From positions 25 through 64,024 of the forward strand of contig JAJQCO010000231.1 of the NCBI GenBank assembly GCA_021202655.1: a DNA stretch of 64,000 bases. Direction: 5' to 3'. Origin of the DNA: Clostridiales bacterium. Its GTDB lineage: Bacteria > Bacillota > Clostridia > Lachnospirales > Lachnospiraceae. The notes beneath the pieces are model-generated. The model saw only the letters and a program-made list of their open reading frames with translations. It did not search any database and was not told where the DNA came from. Positions 28,301 to 35,414 of the stretch are shown here, in pieces. Position 1 is the first letter of the stretch. The number at the start of each line of letters is the position of its first letter. The position numbers and the translations under genes are program-made.

Positions 28301-29445
28301 AATGCCGAATTCCGGTCGTCCCGGTACATCGGCAACGCCGCCCGAAGCGTCCGGTGCTGCCTTGTCAGCTTCTCATACTTATCCCGGAACGAATCAATAT
28401 GGGCGCAGCCGTCCAGGCTGAGCGCCGCCTTCTCCACATAACGCATCCACGTCATCCGGGCATTCACCGATGACCCGGTCTCCGTATCGCCTGCGCGGAT
28501 GAGCGCCTCCTGCGCCAGCCCGATATCTTCTGCCGCCTCCGCTTCCCGCACATACTGCTCCGGCATCATACGCTCACAGATACAGGTCTTGATCTGGAAC
28601 TCCTCGCGCCGGGTCTTGTTGTACTTGATATAAATCCGCCTGTCGTTTCCGTAAACCTGCCTGCCGTCCCTGCTCCAGAATACCAGATAGGAATTCGCAT
28701 ACTGGTCGAAAAGCTCCGCCTCGCAGACCGCGTCAAACTTCTCGCCCATGTCCATCATGTGATACGGCGGATAGTCATAGGCAGGCGTTACCCTCGTCAG
28801 GTCGCCCTTCTTTGGCAGATAATAATCCGAATAGATACTGGTCGGCGTCCGGTAATCCGGCATCGGATAATAGAACCGCATGCGCATCTGGCCGGACTCT
28901 TTTTCCTCAAGAAGCCTCGACAGCTGCTTTTTCGTGAAGGAATGCTCTTCCTCACGGCTTCCGGCAAAATACTTCATGCCAAGGGTATTCGCCGCCGCCA
29001 GAATCAGCACGCCGCTGTCCTTTAAAAGCGCCTTCGCCGCCTCAATATTTTCCCGGTACGGCGCCTCTAACGTCCCCGCAAGGACCACGTAATCGTAAGT
29101 CTTTCCGTTGACCCGGCTCAGATATTCCGGCAGGCTGCCCTTCTCATAGCGGATGTTGGCCGCCCCCGGATTGCGCATCTGCACCGTGAGAAGGGCGCTC
29201 TCCTCCTCATCCAGCACCGTCACCTGCTTCACGCTGGTCCGGAAGAGACCGGTCATCGCCCCATAATCCGCCCCCACCTGAAGGAGCTCTCCCTCCGGAT
29301 TAAAATCATACCATTCCAGCAAAAGCTCCCTCTGTTCCGAGAGGGCGTAGAGGACATCCAGCCGGGTGTTCCCCGCCAGGATTTCCCTGATGTCGCCATG
29401 ATGCTCCTTTAAGAGCGCCTGTATCTCATCGTCAATTCTTCGCAT
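25381..29445 (-). CDS. 1354-aa multidomain glycopolymer synthase: SAM-methyltransferase + kinase-like region + coiled coil + GT2 + GT4-like
   Basis: aa ~40-165 are class I methyltransferase-like (LLQVGADYG motif I, VLILAA). aa ~455-485 read NIDALFENMIL..CLDYEW (a D-x4-N ... D pattern as in APH/choline-kinase folds). aa ~556-650 are heptad-rich (RERIEQMKIHSREKDVEIRKITEIQRL..LETIIRDLRHEIDEM). aa ~712-925 are GT2 (VSIIIPVYNQ, IADDVSTD, CEDSDL). aa ~976-1354 are GT1/GT4-like (GFVTEEELAGLY..PLRYGAGVKGKVVEA). Confidence 0.8.
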   Translation of the reverse strand: MRRIDDEIQALLKEHHGDIREILAGNTRLDVLYALSEQRELLLEWYDFNPEGELLQVGADYGAMTGLFRTSVKQVTVLDEEESALLTVQMRNPGAANIRYEKGSLPEYLSRVNGKTYDYVVLAGTLEAPYRENIEAAKALLKDSGVLILAAANTLGMKYFAGSREEEHSFTKKQLSRLLEEKESGQMRMRFYYPMPDYRTPTSIYSDYYLPKKGDLTRVTPAYDYPPYHMMDMGEKFDAVCEAELFDQYANSYLVFWSRDGRQVYGNDRRIYIKYNKTRREEFQIKTCICERMMPEQYVREAEAAEDIGLAQEALIRAGDTETGSSVNARMTWMRYVEKAALSLDGCAHIDSFRDKYEKLTRQHRTLRAALPMYRDDRNSAFFPYLIGETMAERLGAQIEGGRMPLDALASAMNQIYDIDERCRSAFSRTDAFLEVFGAGLSEEELAVLDRDTACEVSNIDALFENMILTEKGIYCLDYEWVFLFPVPEHFVKYRILYYFYEQYSSVMGRTALETILDAFDISPEMADVYQKMEESFQNYVHGENRQLYLGNYMVYSRGIREIRQTESDLSRARERIEQMKIHSREKDVEIRKITEIQRLTNNHVTNLETIIRDLRHEIDEMGKTLTYLNSHEAILSKCRRRLGDKFNEKYPRGSMQRKKLQYRKEYLLHPIRSRRLYGTPEGKNLRDGDFHIGDIYKEHGKLHFEHVEDPTVSIIIPVYNQISYTYACLLSILQHTTDVSYEIIIADDVSTDATERLADFAEGLVICRNSTNQGFLRNCNSAARHAKGRYIMFLNNDTQVTEGWLSSLVRLIESDPTIGMVGSKLVYPDGRLQEAGGIIWSDGSGWNYGRLDDPDKPEYNYVKDVDYISGAAILLSTDLWKQIGGFDTRFAPAYCEDSDLAFEVRKAGLRVVYQPLSKVVHFEGVSNGTDVQGTGMKRYQAVNARKLKEKWAEELKLQCENTGNPDPFRARERSMGKKIILVVDHYVPTYDRDAGSKTTFQYLKMFLKKGYQVKFLGDNFMHEEPYTTTLEQMGIEVLYGPEYQTKIWEWLRNHGDDIAIAYLNRPHIASKYIDYILDNTDTKVIYYGHDLHFLRESREYQITGDPKIREDAEYWKSVELTLMSKAAVSYYPSCVERDAIREIDPTICVKDITAYVYDEFKDDIEEDFAKREGLLFVGGFAHPPNADAVLWFAKEIYPGIRQRFEQAGQTPPDFIVVGSRVTDEIRALQQPDNGIIIRGFVTEEELAGLYASCRIVVVPLRYGAGVKGKVVEAIYNGAPIITTSVGAEGIPQVEDVLIVEDAPEKFAEAVVALYQDEEACRRLCEKTQTYIRKHFSMDAAWRMIEEDFEQEKS

Positions 29446-30760
29446 CTTCGCTGTCCTTCCTCGTCACCCGGACTTCGGATTCCATGTCATATACCCCCAC
29501 GGTATTCTTATTCGAAATCACCGTAATATTCGCCACATCATACAGGCGATGATACACCGTGTGCTCTCCCTGCTCAAACCCCGTGCAGCTCATGGAAAGC
29601 AGATATTCTCCGCCCTGCAGCGTCATCTTCTGGCGGAAATCCACCTCATATTCATCGCCCTTTTTCACCGGACGGACGTCTGCTCCCTCGAACATCGTAT
29701 TCGTCCCGCTTAAATCCGTCCCCTTCTTATCCTTGATCGTATAGGTAAAAATCGGCGCTTCAATCGTATCCAGAAAGCGGATTTTCTCCCGTATCACAAA
29801 ATATTCGCCCTTGAGCAGCAGATTTGTCAGATTCCCTCTCTCGTCAAACAATCCCATGTCATAGATTTCCGCCTTGCCATTTCCGTACTCCGTCCGGCTC
29901 GGATTGATCGTAATATGCTCCTTCATCAGGCCGCCATGGGAGGACACGTGCTTCGGCTCCATCATTCCGCCGGAAAAATCGTTCATCTCCTGAAGCTCCT
30001 CCTCCAGATCCTCCATCTGGTTTGCCAGGATCTTCTTATACAGATCAACCATCTTCCCCGGCGCGCCCTCGGCGATAAAGTTCCCCTTGTTTAACAGAAT
30101 CACCCGGTCGCAATACTTGATCACGCTCCCCATATCGTGCGTCACCATCAGAATCGTCGTCCCGTTCCTCCGGATCTCCTCCATCCGCCGATAGCACTTT
30201 GACTGAAAGAACACATCGCCCACCGAAAGCGCCTCATCCACGATCAGAATCTCCGGATCTACGTTGATCGCCAGCGCAAAGGCCAGCCGCACAAACATTC
30301 CGCTCGAATACGTCTTCACCGGCTGATTCACGAAGTCCCCGATATCCGCAAACTCCAGAATATCCGGCAGCTTCTCATCCATCTGCTTCCGGGAAAAGCC
30401 CATCATCGTCCCGTTCATATAGACATTCTCAATGCCCGTGTAATCCATATTAAATCCCGCGCCCAGCTCCAGAAGCGCCGAGATTACCCCCGTCACCCGC
30501 ACGCTCCCGCTCGTCGGCGTCAGGACGCCCGTGATGATCTTTAAGATCGTCGATTTGCCCGAACCGTTCGTCCCGATAATCCCCACCGTCTCGCCCTTCC
30601 TCACCTGGAAGCTGATGTCGTTCAACGCAAAAAAATCTCTGTGATAATTCTTGTGCGTCACGCTCAGCGACTCCTTCAGGCGGTCGATGGGCTTCTCATA
30701 TAATTTGTATATCTTGCTGACATCCTCTACCTGGATGGCATACTCCGTATCCTCTGACAT
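29432..30760 (-). CDS. polysaccharide/teichoic-acid export ABC transporter ATP-binding protein with a C-terminal carbohydrate-binding-type domain (Wzt/TagH-like)
   Basis: Walker A GTNGSGKST, signature YSSGM, Walker B ILIVDEA. A ~180-aa beta-rich C-terminal extension (GKAEIYDMGLFDERG..) resembles Wzt C-domains. The ATG at 30760 follows AAGGAG. 14-nt overlap with the downstream giant gene. Confidence 0.85.
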   Translation of the reverse strand: MSEDTEYAIQVEDVSKIYKLYEKPIDRLKESLSVTHKNYHRDFFALNDISFQVRKGETVGIIGTNGSGKSTILKIITGVLTPTSGSVRVTGVISALLELGAGFNMDYTGIENVYMNGTMMGFSRKQMDEKLPDILEFADIGDFVNQPVKTYSSGMFVRLAFALAINVDPEILIVDEALSVGDVFFQSKCYRRMEEIRRNGTTILMVTHDMGSVIKYCDRVILLNKGNFIAEGAPGKMVDLYKKILANQMEDLEEELQEMNDFSGGMMEPKHVSSHGGLMKEHITINPSRTEYGNGKAEIYDMGLFDERGNLTNLLLKGEYFVIREKIRFLDTIEAPIFTYTIKDKKGTDLSGTNTMFEGADVRPVKKGDEYEVDFRQKMTLQGGEYLLSMSCTGFEQGEHTVYHRLYDVANITVISNKNTVGVYDMESEVRVTRKDSEDAKN

Positions 30761-30807
30761 CAAATAGCCTGCTCCTTTTTCACGCACTGTTCCATGCTGA
30801 CGTGGAG

Positions 30808-30836
30808 ATTATACCATTAAACCCCAATCGTTGCAA
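30808..30836 (-). promoter_or_regulatory. near-consensus sigma-A promoter of the glycopolymer operon
   Basis: The minus strand has TTGCAA, a 17-nt spacer and TATAAT, about 45 nt upstream of the wzt-like ATG. Confidence 0.7.
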
Positions 30837-30923
30837 GGGAAAGAGGGGCGGCCAGGCCGCTCCTTCCTGCATCAAAGGGACAGCAAACCTGGTCTTTACA
30901 GGAAAAGATTACAAAAACCTTTC

Positions 30924-30952
30924 TTGCAAAAAAGTTGAATCAAGAGTATACT
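30924..30952 (+). promoter_or_regulatory. orphan plus-strand sigma-A-like promoter
   Basis: TTGCAA, a 17-nt spacer and TATACT, in an AT-rich gap between two minus-strand operons. Confidence 0.5.
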
Positions 30953-30958
30953 ATTCGT

Positions 30959-31090
30959 AAGTATATAAATTAAAATCTGAAAAAGAAGGCCGCACATGAA
31001 TCTGAAGACAGTGGCAAAGACGGAAGAGGACCTGTTTTCATCATGAACGGCAAAACAGGCTCCCGAAAACATTTCGGAGGCCTGTTTTTT
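30959..31090 (+). ncRNA. candidate ~130-nt small transcript (sRNA or 16-codon sORF 30996-31046)
   Basis: Bounded by the promoter at 30924-30952 and the strong hairpin plus T-run at 31052-31090. The internal ATG at 30996 follows GAAGG and encodes MNLKTVAKTEEDLFSS. Confidence 0.3.
31052..31090. terminator. bidirectional rho-independent terminator
   Basis: 14-bp stem ACAGGCTCCCGAAA/TTTCGGAGGCCTGT with one mismatch, flanked by AAAA on the 5' side and TTTTTT on the 3' side. It ends the minus-strand tct-aldolase operon and the plus-strand small unit. Confidence 0.8.
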
Positions 31091-31143
31091 ACTTACCAAA
31101 GCATACGGAAGAAGCTGCTAGTGGCAGGTCCTGTAATTCAGAT

Positions 31144-31944
31144 TCATTTTAGACCGACGTTGCGAAGAAGCTCGTTCGCAGCCTCGCCCTGCTCGCTCCA
31201 GAAGTTCCCCAGTACGCGAAGCTGCATGCCGATATTGAAGTGGCGGACGCCCAGCTCCAGATAAAATTTCATGTCATCCACGGTATTCATCTCCGCCCGC
31301 GGAGCTACGCCGTGTTTCATAGCAGTCTCAATCAGACGCGCTTCCACGTCACGAAGCATTGTCCTGTTCTCCGCAGGGTCGAGCCCCAGACTCATACAAT
31401 AATCGTTCGGTCCGAACTGGATCATATCCACGCCCGGCACGGAACAGATCTCGTCGATGTTTCGCACCGCCTCTTCCTTCTCAATCATAAAAGCCTTCAC
31501 CGGCTCACTTGCCATCTTCAGGTATTCTTCCTGGTTCATGGACATGCGGTTGCTGATCCAGCGACGGTTTACAAATCCCATATGTCCGCCATATTCGGGC
31601 GACTCCGGCGTCAGCTTGTCCAGCGTATCCGCCACTGCCTCCGCCGTCCGGTGATCACAGAACAGGACAGCCTGAAATCCGGACACGACCGCCTTCTGGG
31701 CCACATAGAAACGATTCTGATAGTCTACCTTAATCATGCTGCCCATCTGATGAACCTCTGCCGCACGGGCCATATTTTCCAGGTCATAATTGTCATACGG
31801 CGCGTATTCGGCAGAAAACTCAATATAATCATACTGACCGGTCGCACCCGCCACCTCTATCACCATCGGCCAGGTAGACTGGATTCTGGTTCCAATCGTC
31901 GGAATGTTGTGTTCCAAATGATATCTCAATACATTTCTATCCAT
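31144..31944 (-). CDS. HpcH/HpaI family 2-keto-3-deoxy-acid aldolase
   Basis: ~265 aa with IGTRIQSTWPMVIEVAGATGQYDYIEFSAEY.. and ..VDMIQFGPNDY.. typical of HpcH/HpaI aldolases. The ATG at 31944 is preferred, and the track start at 31965 is a GTG. Confidence 0.75.
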   Translation of the reverse strand: MDRNVLRYHLEHNIPTIGTRIQSTWPMVIEVAGATGQYDYIEFSAEYAPYDNYDLENMARAAEVHQMGSMIKVDYQNRFYVAQKAVVSGFQAVLFCDHRTAEAVADTLDKLTPESPEYGGHMGFVNRRWISNRMSMNQEEYLKMASEPVKAFMIEKEEAVRNIDEICSVPGVDMIQFGPNDYCMSLGLDPAENRTMLRDVEARLIETAMKHGVAPRAEMNTVDDMKFYLELGVRHFNIGMQLRVLGNFWSEQGEAANELLRNVGLK

Positions 31945-31973
31945 AATTTCAAATCCTGCTTTCACTTAAAATT

Positions 31974-32097
31974 TACTATGAAAGTCCAAGAAGCGGAGCC
32001 GAAGGCGAACGCTGATTGGCAACTTTCATGTATGCATGCGGCGCTTAGCGAAGTCAAGCCATCAGGCGCAGACTGAGCTTAGCATAGTCGTTTACTA
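31974..32097 (+). repeat. structured intergenic repeat, copy 1 (two-hairpin ~125-nt element)
   Basis: Aligns over its whole length with 48898-49022 (reverse complement) and 56578-56698. It contains the ATGAAAGT...ACTTTCAT clamp. It lies between tctA and the aldolase gene. Confidence 0.85.
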
Positions 32098-32113
32098 CAC
32101 CTGTCAGATACGT

Positions 32114-33610
32114 CTACTCTTTTGCCGTTTTTCTGTTCTTTATCTCTCCCCGGATGGTCAGAACCAGCACGACCACTGTAATTACCAGAAAGAACAGCGA
32201 GATCGGAGAAGTTACAAACGGCAGAAAGCTTCCCTGGCTCTTTTGCAACCCACGCCGCAGATTCGTTTCTAGCGTCGATCCCAGAATAAATCCCAAAATG
32301 ATCGGAGCCTGTGGAAACTGGAGCTTTTTAAGCCCGTAACCAATCAGTCCCGCTGCAATCATCACAAACACATCGAACACCCGGTTATTATTTCCGTAAG
32401 CGCCGACCACACAGAATATCATGACAATCGGCAGGAGCAGATTTTTCGGCACATTCAGTATTTTCGTAAAAATACGGATTCCGCCAAATTCTACAATCAG
32501 CATCATGATATTGGCGATAATAAGAGCCGTAAAAATCCCGTATACCAGCGTCGTCTGCGAACGGAACAAAAGCGGTCCCGGCGTAATCCCGTGAATCATG
32601 AAGCCGGCCAGGATCAGCGCGGTGGTATTGTCTCCCGGAAGTCCCAGGGTGAGAAGCGGCACCAGAGCGCCTCCCGTGGAAGCATTGTTGGAGGATTCGG
32701 AGGCGATGATCCCATCCACGATCCCGGTTCCGAATTTTTCCGGATATTTAGAGTGATTTTTACACACGGAGTAAGCGATAATATTACAGATGCCCGCTCC
32801 CAATCCGGGCAGAATCCCGATCCCGGTTCCGATCAGAGTCGACACCCAGAAGTTGAAGCCCTGTCCCTTTACGTCCTCCCTCGTAAAACCAAATCCCTTG
32901 ATTTTATAGTCCTGGACGATAACCTCTTCCTCTTTAAACTTTTCCTCAATGCCCGACAACACCTGTGACACCGCAAACAGACCAATCAGAAACGGAAGCA
33001 GTGCGAATCCCGCGTTCAGCTCCGTGATCCCGAATGTGAAACGTGTAAAGCTTGTGATCGGCGCGATTCCCACAAAGGATAACACCACGCCGAGCATCCC
33101 GGCGATAATCCCCTTTACCAGTGATCCGGAAGAAAGCCCCGCAATCATGGTAAGCGAAAACAGTGCAATGGAAAAATACTCATACGGGCCAAACTGCAGA
33201 GCCACCTTGGCGATCTGCGGAGCCAGCATCATCAGGATGATATAGCTGACCATGCCCCCCAGGAAGGAAGCCACAATGCCGACTCCCAACGCTTTCTGCG
33301 CCTCGCCCTTCGCCGCCATGGGATGCCCGTCAAAGGTTGTGGCGACAGACGCCGTCGTTCCCGGTATGCTGAGCAGAATCGCCGAGATCAGGCCGCCCGA
33401 GGTGCCTCCAATATACAACCCCATGAGCAGCGACAGACCCGCCACCGGTTCCATCCCATAAGTCAGAGGGAGGAAGAGCGCCACGCCCATCGTGACCGAC
33501 AGGCCGGGAATCGCTCCGATGATAATTCCCATGAACACACCAAGGAGAATCAAAAGAAGGATCTGCGGGGCGAATACGGACACGATCCCCGCCAAAATTT
33601 CTGCCGACAT
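32114..33610 (-). CDS. tctA: tripartite tricarboxylate transporter large permease
   Basis: ~500 aa polytopic protein with GAIPGLS, GTTASVAT and GILPGLGAG motifs typical of TctA. Confidence 0.85.
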   Translation of the reverse strand: MSAEILAGIVSVFAPQILLLILLGVFMGIIIGAIPGLSVTMGVALFLPLTYGMEPVAGLSLLMGLYIGGTSGGLISAILLSIPGTTASVATTFDGHPMAAKGEAQKALGVGIVASFLGGMVSYIILMMLAPQIAKVALQFGPYEYFSIALFSLTMIAGLSSGSLVKGIIAGMLGVVLSFVGIAPITSFTRFTFGITELNAGFALLPFLIGLFAVSQVLSGIEEKFKEEEVIVQDYKIKGFGFTREDVKGQGFNFWVSTLIGTGIGILPGLGAGICNIIAYSVCKNHSKYPEKFGTGIVDGIIASESSNNASTGGALVPLLTLGLPGDNTTALILAGFMIHGITPGPLLFRSQTTLVYGIFTALIIANIMMLIVEFGGIRIFTKILNVPKNLLLPIVMIFCVVGAYGNNNRVFDVFVMIAAGLIGYGLKKLQFPQAPIILGFILGSTLETNLRRGLQKSQGSFLPFVTSPISLFFLVITVVVLVLTIRGEIKNRKTAKE

Positions 33611-33625
33611 TTCTTTCTCCCTCCT

Positions 33626-34093
33626 TTACAAAAGCCCCTTTGGAAGACGAATTCCAAAGATTCCGGTGAATATAAAATAGATTGCCAGAACCGTGATCAC
33701 CGTGATGATCAATGATTTTACCGGCTTCCATTCCTCCTTCTTCGTCATCATAAAGATGGCGAAATACAGAAATATCATACTGGTGATGATAAATCCGACC
33801 TTACTCAAAAACATGGCATACAAAATCATCCCGATAAATGTGAGCACAACCCCCACATAGTTTGCCGGATATCCCGGCGCCTTCTCCTCATGCCCGGCGC
33901 TCATCTCCTGATATCCTCGAACTGCCAGGATCAGAAACATGACAAAAAGAACAACCGCCGCAATTTTCGGGAAGAAATCTGCGCCCATCACCTGGTTTTC
34001 CTTCTGGCCAACCGCAACGCTCAGCCCGTAAAGGACGGCCGCAAAGACCATACCGCAGATTCCTACTGTCAAATCCTTCCATTTACTCATCAT
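33626..34093 (-). CDS. tctB: tripartite tricarboxylate transporter small permease
   Basis: ~155 aa with 4 hydrophobic helices, located between tctC and tctA. The ATG pair at 34093/34090 follows AGGAG. Confidence 0.7.
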   Translation of the reverse strand: MMSKWKDLTVGICGMVFAAVLYGLSVAVGQKENQVMGADFFPKIAAVVLFVMFLILAVRGYQEMSAGHEEKAPGYPANYVGVVLTFIGMILYAMFLSKVGFIITSMIFLYFAIFMMTKKEEWKPVKSLIITVITVLAIYFIFTGIFGIRLPKGLL

Positions 34094-34178
34094 ACAGGCC
34101 GCTCCTACCGCTCTTGTTTTACAGAGCGGGAACGGGAACACGTTCCCGCACCCGCCATGATCCAATGCTACAAACCTT

Positions 34179-35240
34179 TTACTGTGCCCGCAGAAGATCT
34201 CTGTAGGTGTTCAGAAGCTCATACTGACTCTGCGCGTAGGCCGTCGCCTCCTCCGGATCCATATAGACGCAGGTCAGAGCATAGGAAGTTTCCGCCTGCT
34301 CGATAAATCCTTCATTGGCCACCGCCTTTTCCATCGCTGCGCTGAACTGATCCACAATCGCATCCGGCGTATCCTTCGGGAATGCCACAAAGAAGAATTT
34401 GCCGAATACCATGTCCAGCCCCTGCTCCTTCGCGGTCGGGATCTCATCAAACAACGGATTTCTCTCCTCATTTAACACAGCCAGCGCAATGAATTCTCCG
34501 GTCTCCAGATAATCCTTTACAAGGGCATATTCCACATTAATGACATCTGTATTATGACCCGCCAGCGCCGCAATCTTATCTGCATTGCCTCCGATATCCA
34601 CCAGGTTCAGATCAATTCCTGCCGTCTCCTCCAAAGCCACACCAATCAGATTCGGATAACCGCCGGTCGCCATGCCGAACTCAATCGTTCCGGGCGCCTC
34701 CTTCGCCGCGCTCAGAAACTCGTCCAATGTGGTAAAACCGGAATCATTATGCGTAACCAGAAGCGTCGTATTTGCCTGCAGGCAGACCCCCGCCATCTTA
34801 AACTCATCCAGCTGATAATCGATCAGGCCTGTAATTTCGGGAATCATCGCCTCTGCATGGAAGAACAGACAGGTGTAACCATCCGGTTCTGAAGTCCGAA
34901 CCTGTTCCATCCCGATCGTCCCGGAAGAACCGGAGACGTTCACAATTGGCATGGATACGCCAAGCTCCGGTTCCATATACTGAGCGAGAAGACGGGCATT
35001 CGCATCCGTATCGCCGCCGGCGCTGACCGGAACAATCACCTGGATGGCGTCCGTCGGATAATCGATCGTTTCCTCTGCCGCTTCCTGTCCTGCCCCGTCG
35101 ACCGTCTCTGCCGCCTTCGCCGCCTCTGTTGTCGCGCTTTCTGAACTTCCGGAGCTGCCGGAACATCCCGCCATCATCGCCGCTGCCATGGACGTGGCCA
35201 ACAGAATCGCCGCTGCCTTCTTACATACACTCTTCTTCAT
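34179..35240 (-). CDS. tctC: tripartite tricarboxylate transporter substrate-binding lipoprotein (Bug/TctC family)
   Basis: Lipobox LLATSMAAAMMAGCSGS, ~350 aa, and gene order tctC-tctB-tctA. Confidence 0.8.
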   Translation of the reverse strand: MKKSVCKKAAAILLATSMAAAMMAGCSGSSGSSESATTEAAKAAETVDGAGQEAAEETIDYPTDAIQVIVPVSAGGDTDANARLLAQYMEPELGVSMPIVNVSGSSGTIGMEQVRTSEPDGYTCLFFHAEAMIPEITGLIDYQLDEFKMAGVCLQANTTLLVTHNDSGFTTLDEFLSAAKEAPGTIEFGMATGGYPNLIGVALEETAGIDLNLVDIGGNADKIAALAGHNTDVINVEYALVKDYLETGEFIALAVLNEERNPLFDEIPTAKEQGLDMVFGKFFFVAFPKDTPDAIVDQFSAAMEKAVANEGFIEQAETSYALTCVYMDPEEATAYAQSQYELLNTYRDLLRAQ

Positions 35241-35346
35241 CTTTTCACCCTCACCTTTATGATTTATTTACAAAACGCTCCGCCAAATCCTTTCCGGTCC
35301 GCTCTGAGCGTAATGTCCCCTTTTGTTATTTCACGCAAAAACAGAA

Positions 35347-35360
35347 ATAACTGTTATAAC
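35347..35360. promoter_or_regulatory. GntR-type palindromic operator, site 1 (tctC promoter region)
   Basis: ATAACTGTTATAAC (core palindrome ATAAC-T-GTTAT) immediately downstream of a minus-strand TTGACA (35366-35371). Identical 14-mers lie at 36105 and 36207. Confidence 0.65.
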
Positions 35361-35373
35361 ATTTATGTCAAAA

Positions 35374-35404
35374 GAAAGAAGTCTGCCATCATCACCAGAC
35401 TTTT
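35374..35404 (-). terminator. candidate terminator downstream of the GntR gene
   Basis: ~9-bp stem (GAAGTCTG/CAGACTTT) followed on the minus strand by a T-rich CTTTTGAC. Confidence 0.4.
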
Positions 35405-35414
35405 CTTCCTGTCT

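Noticed and set aside
30896-31099. 67-aa minus-strand ORF in the AT-rich gap.
   Set aside because: It has no ribosome-binding site and a hydrophobic low-complexity translation. It runs through the promoter and bidirectional terminator that better explain the region.
31978-32076. Micro-ORFs starting at the ATG of the repeat clamp: MKVQEAEPKANADWQ.. in copy 1, MKAQEFKPLGAE in copy 2 and MEVQESKPLGAG in copy 3.
   Set aside because: No Shine-Dalgarno sequence precedes them. The frame and length are not conserved in copy 1. The substitutions between copies are compensatory in stems rather than synonymous, so an RNA/DNA structure explains the conservation better than a peptide.
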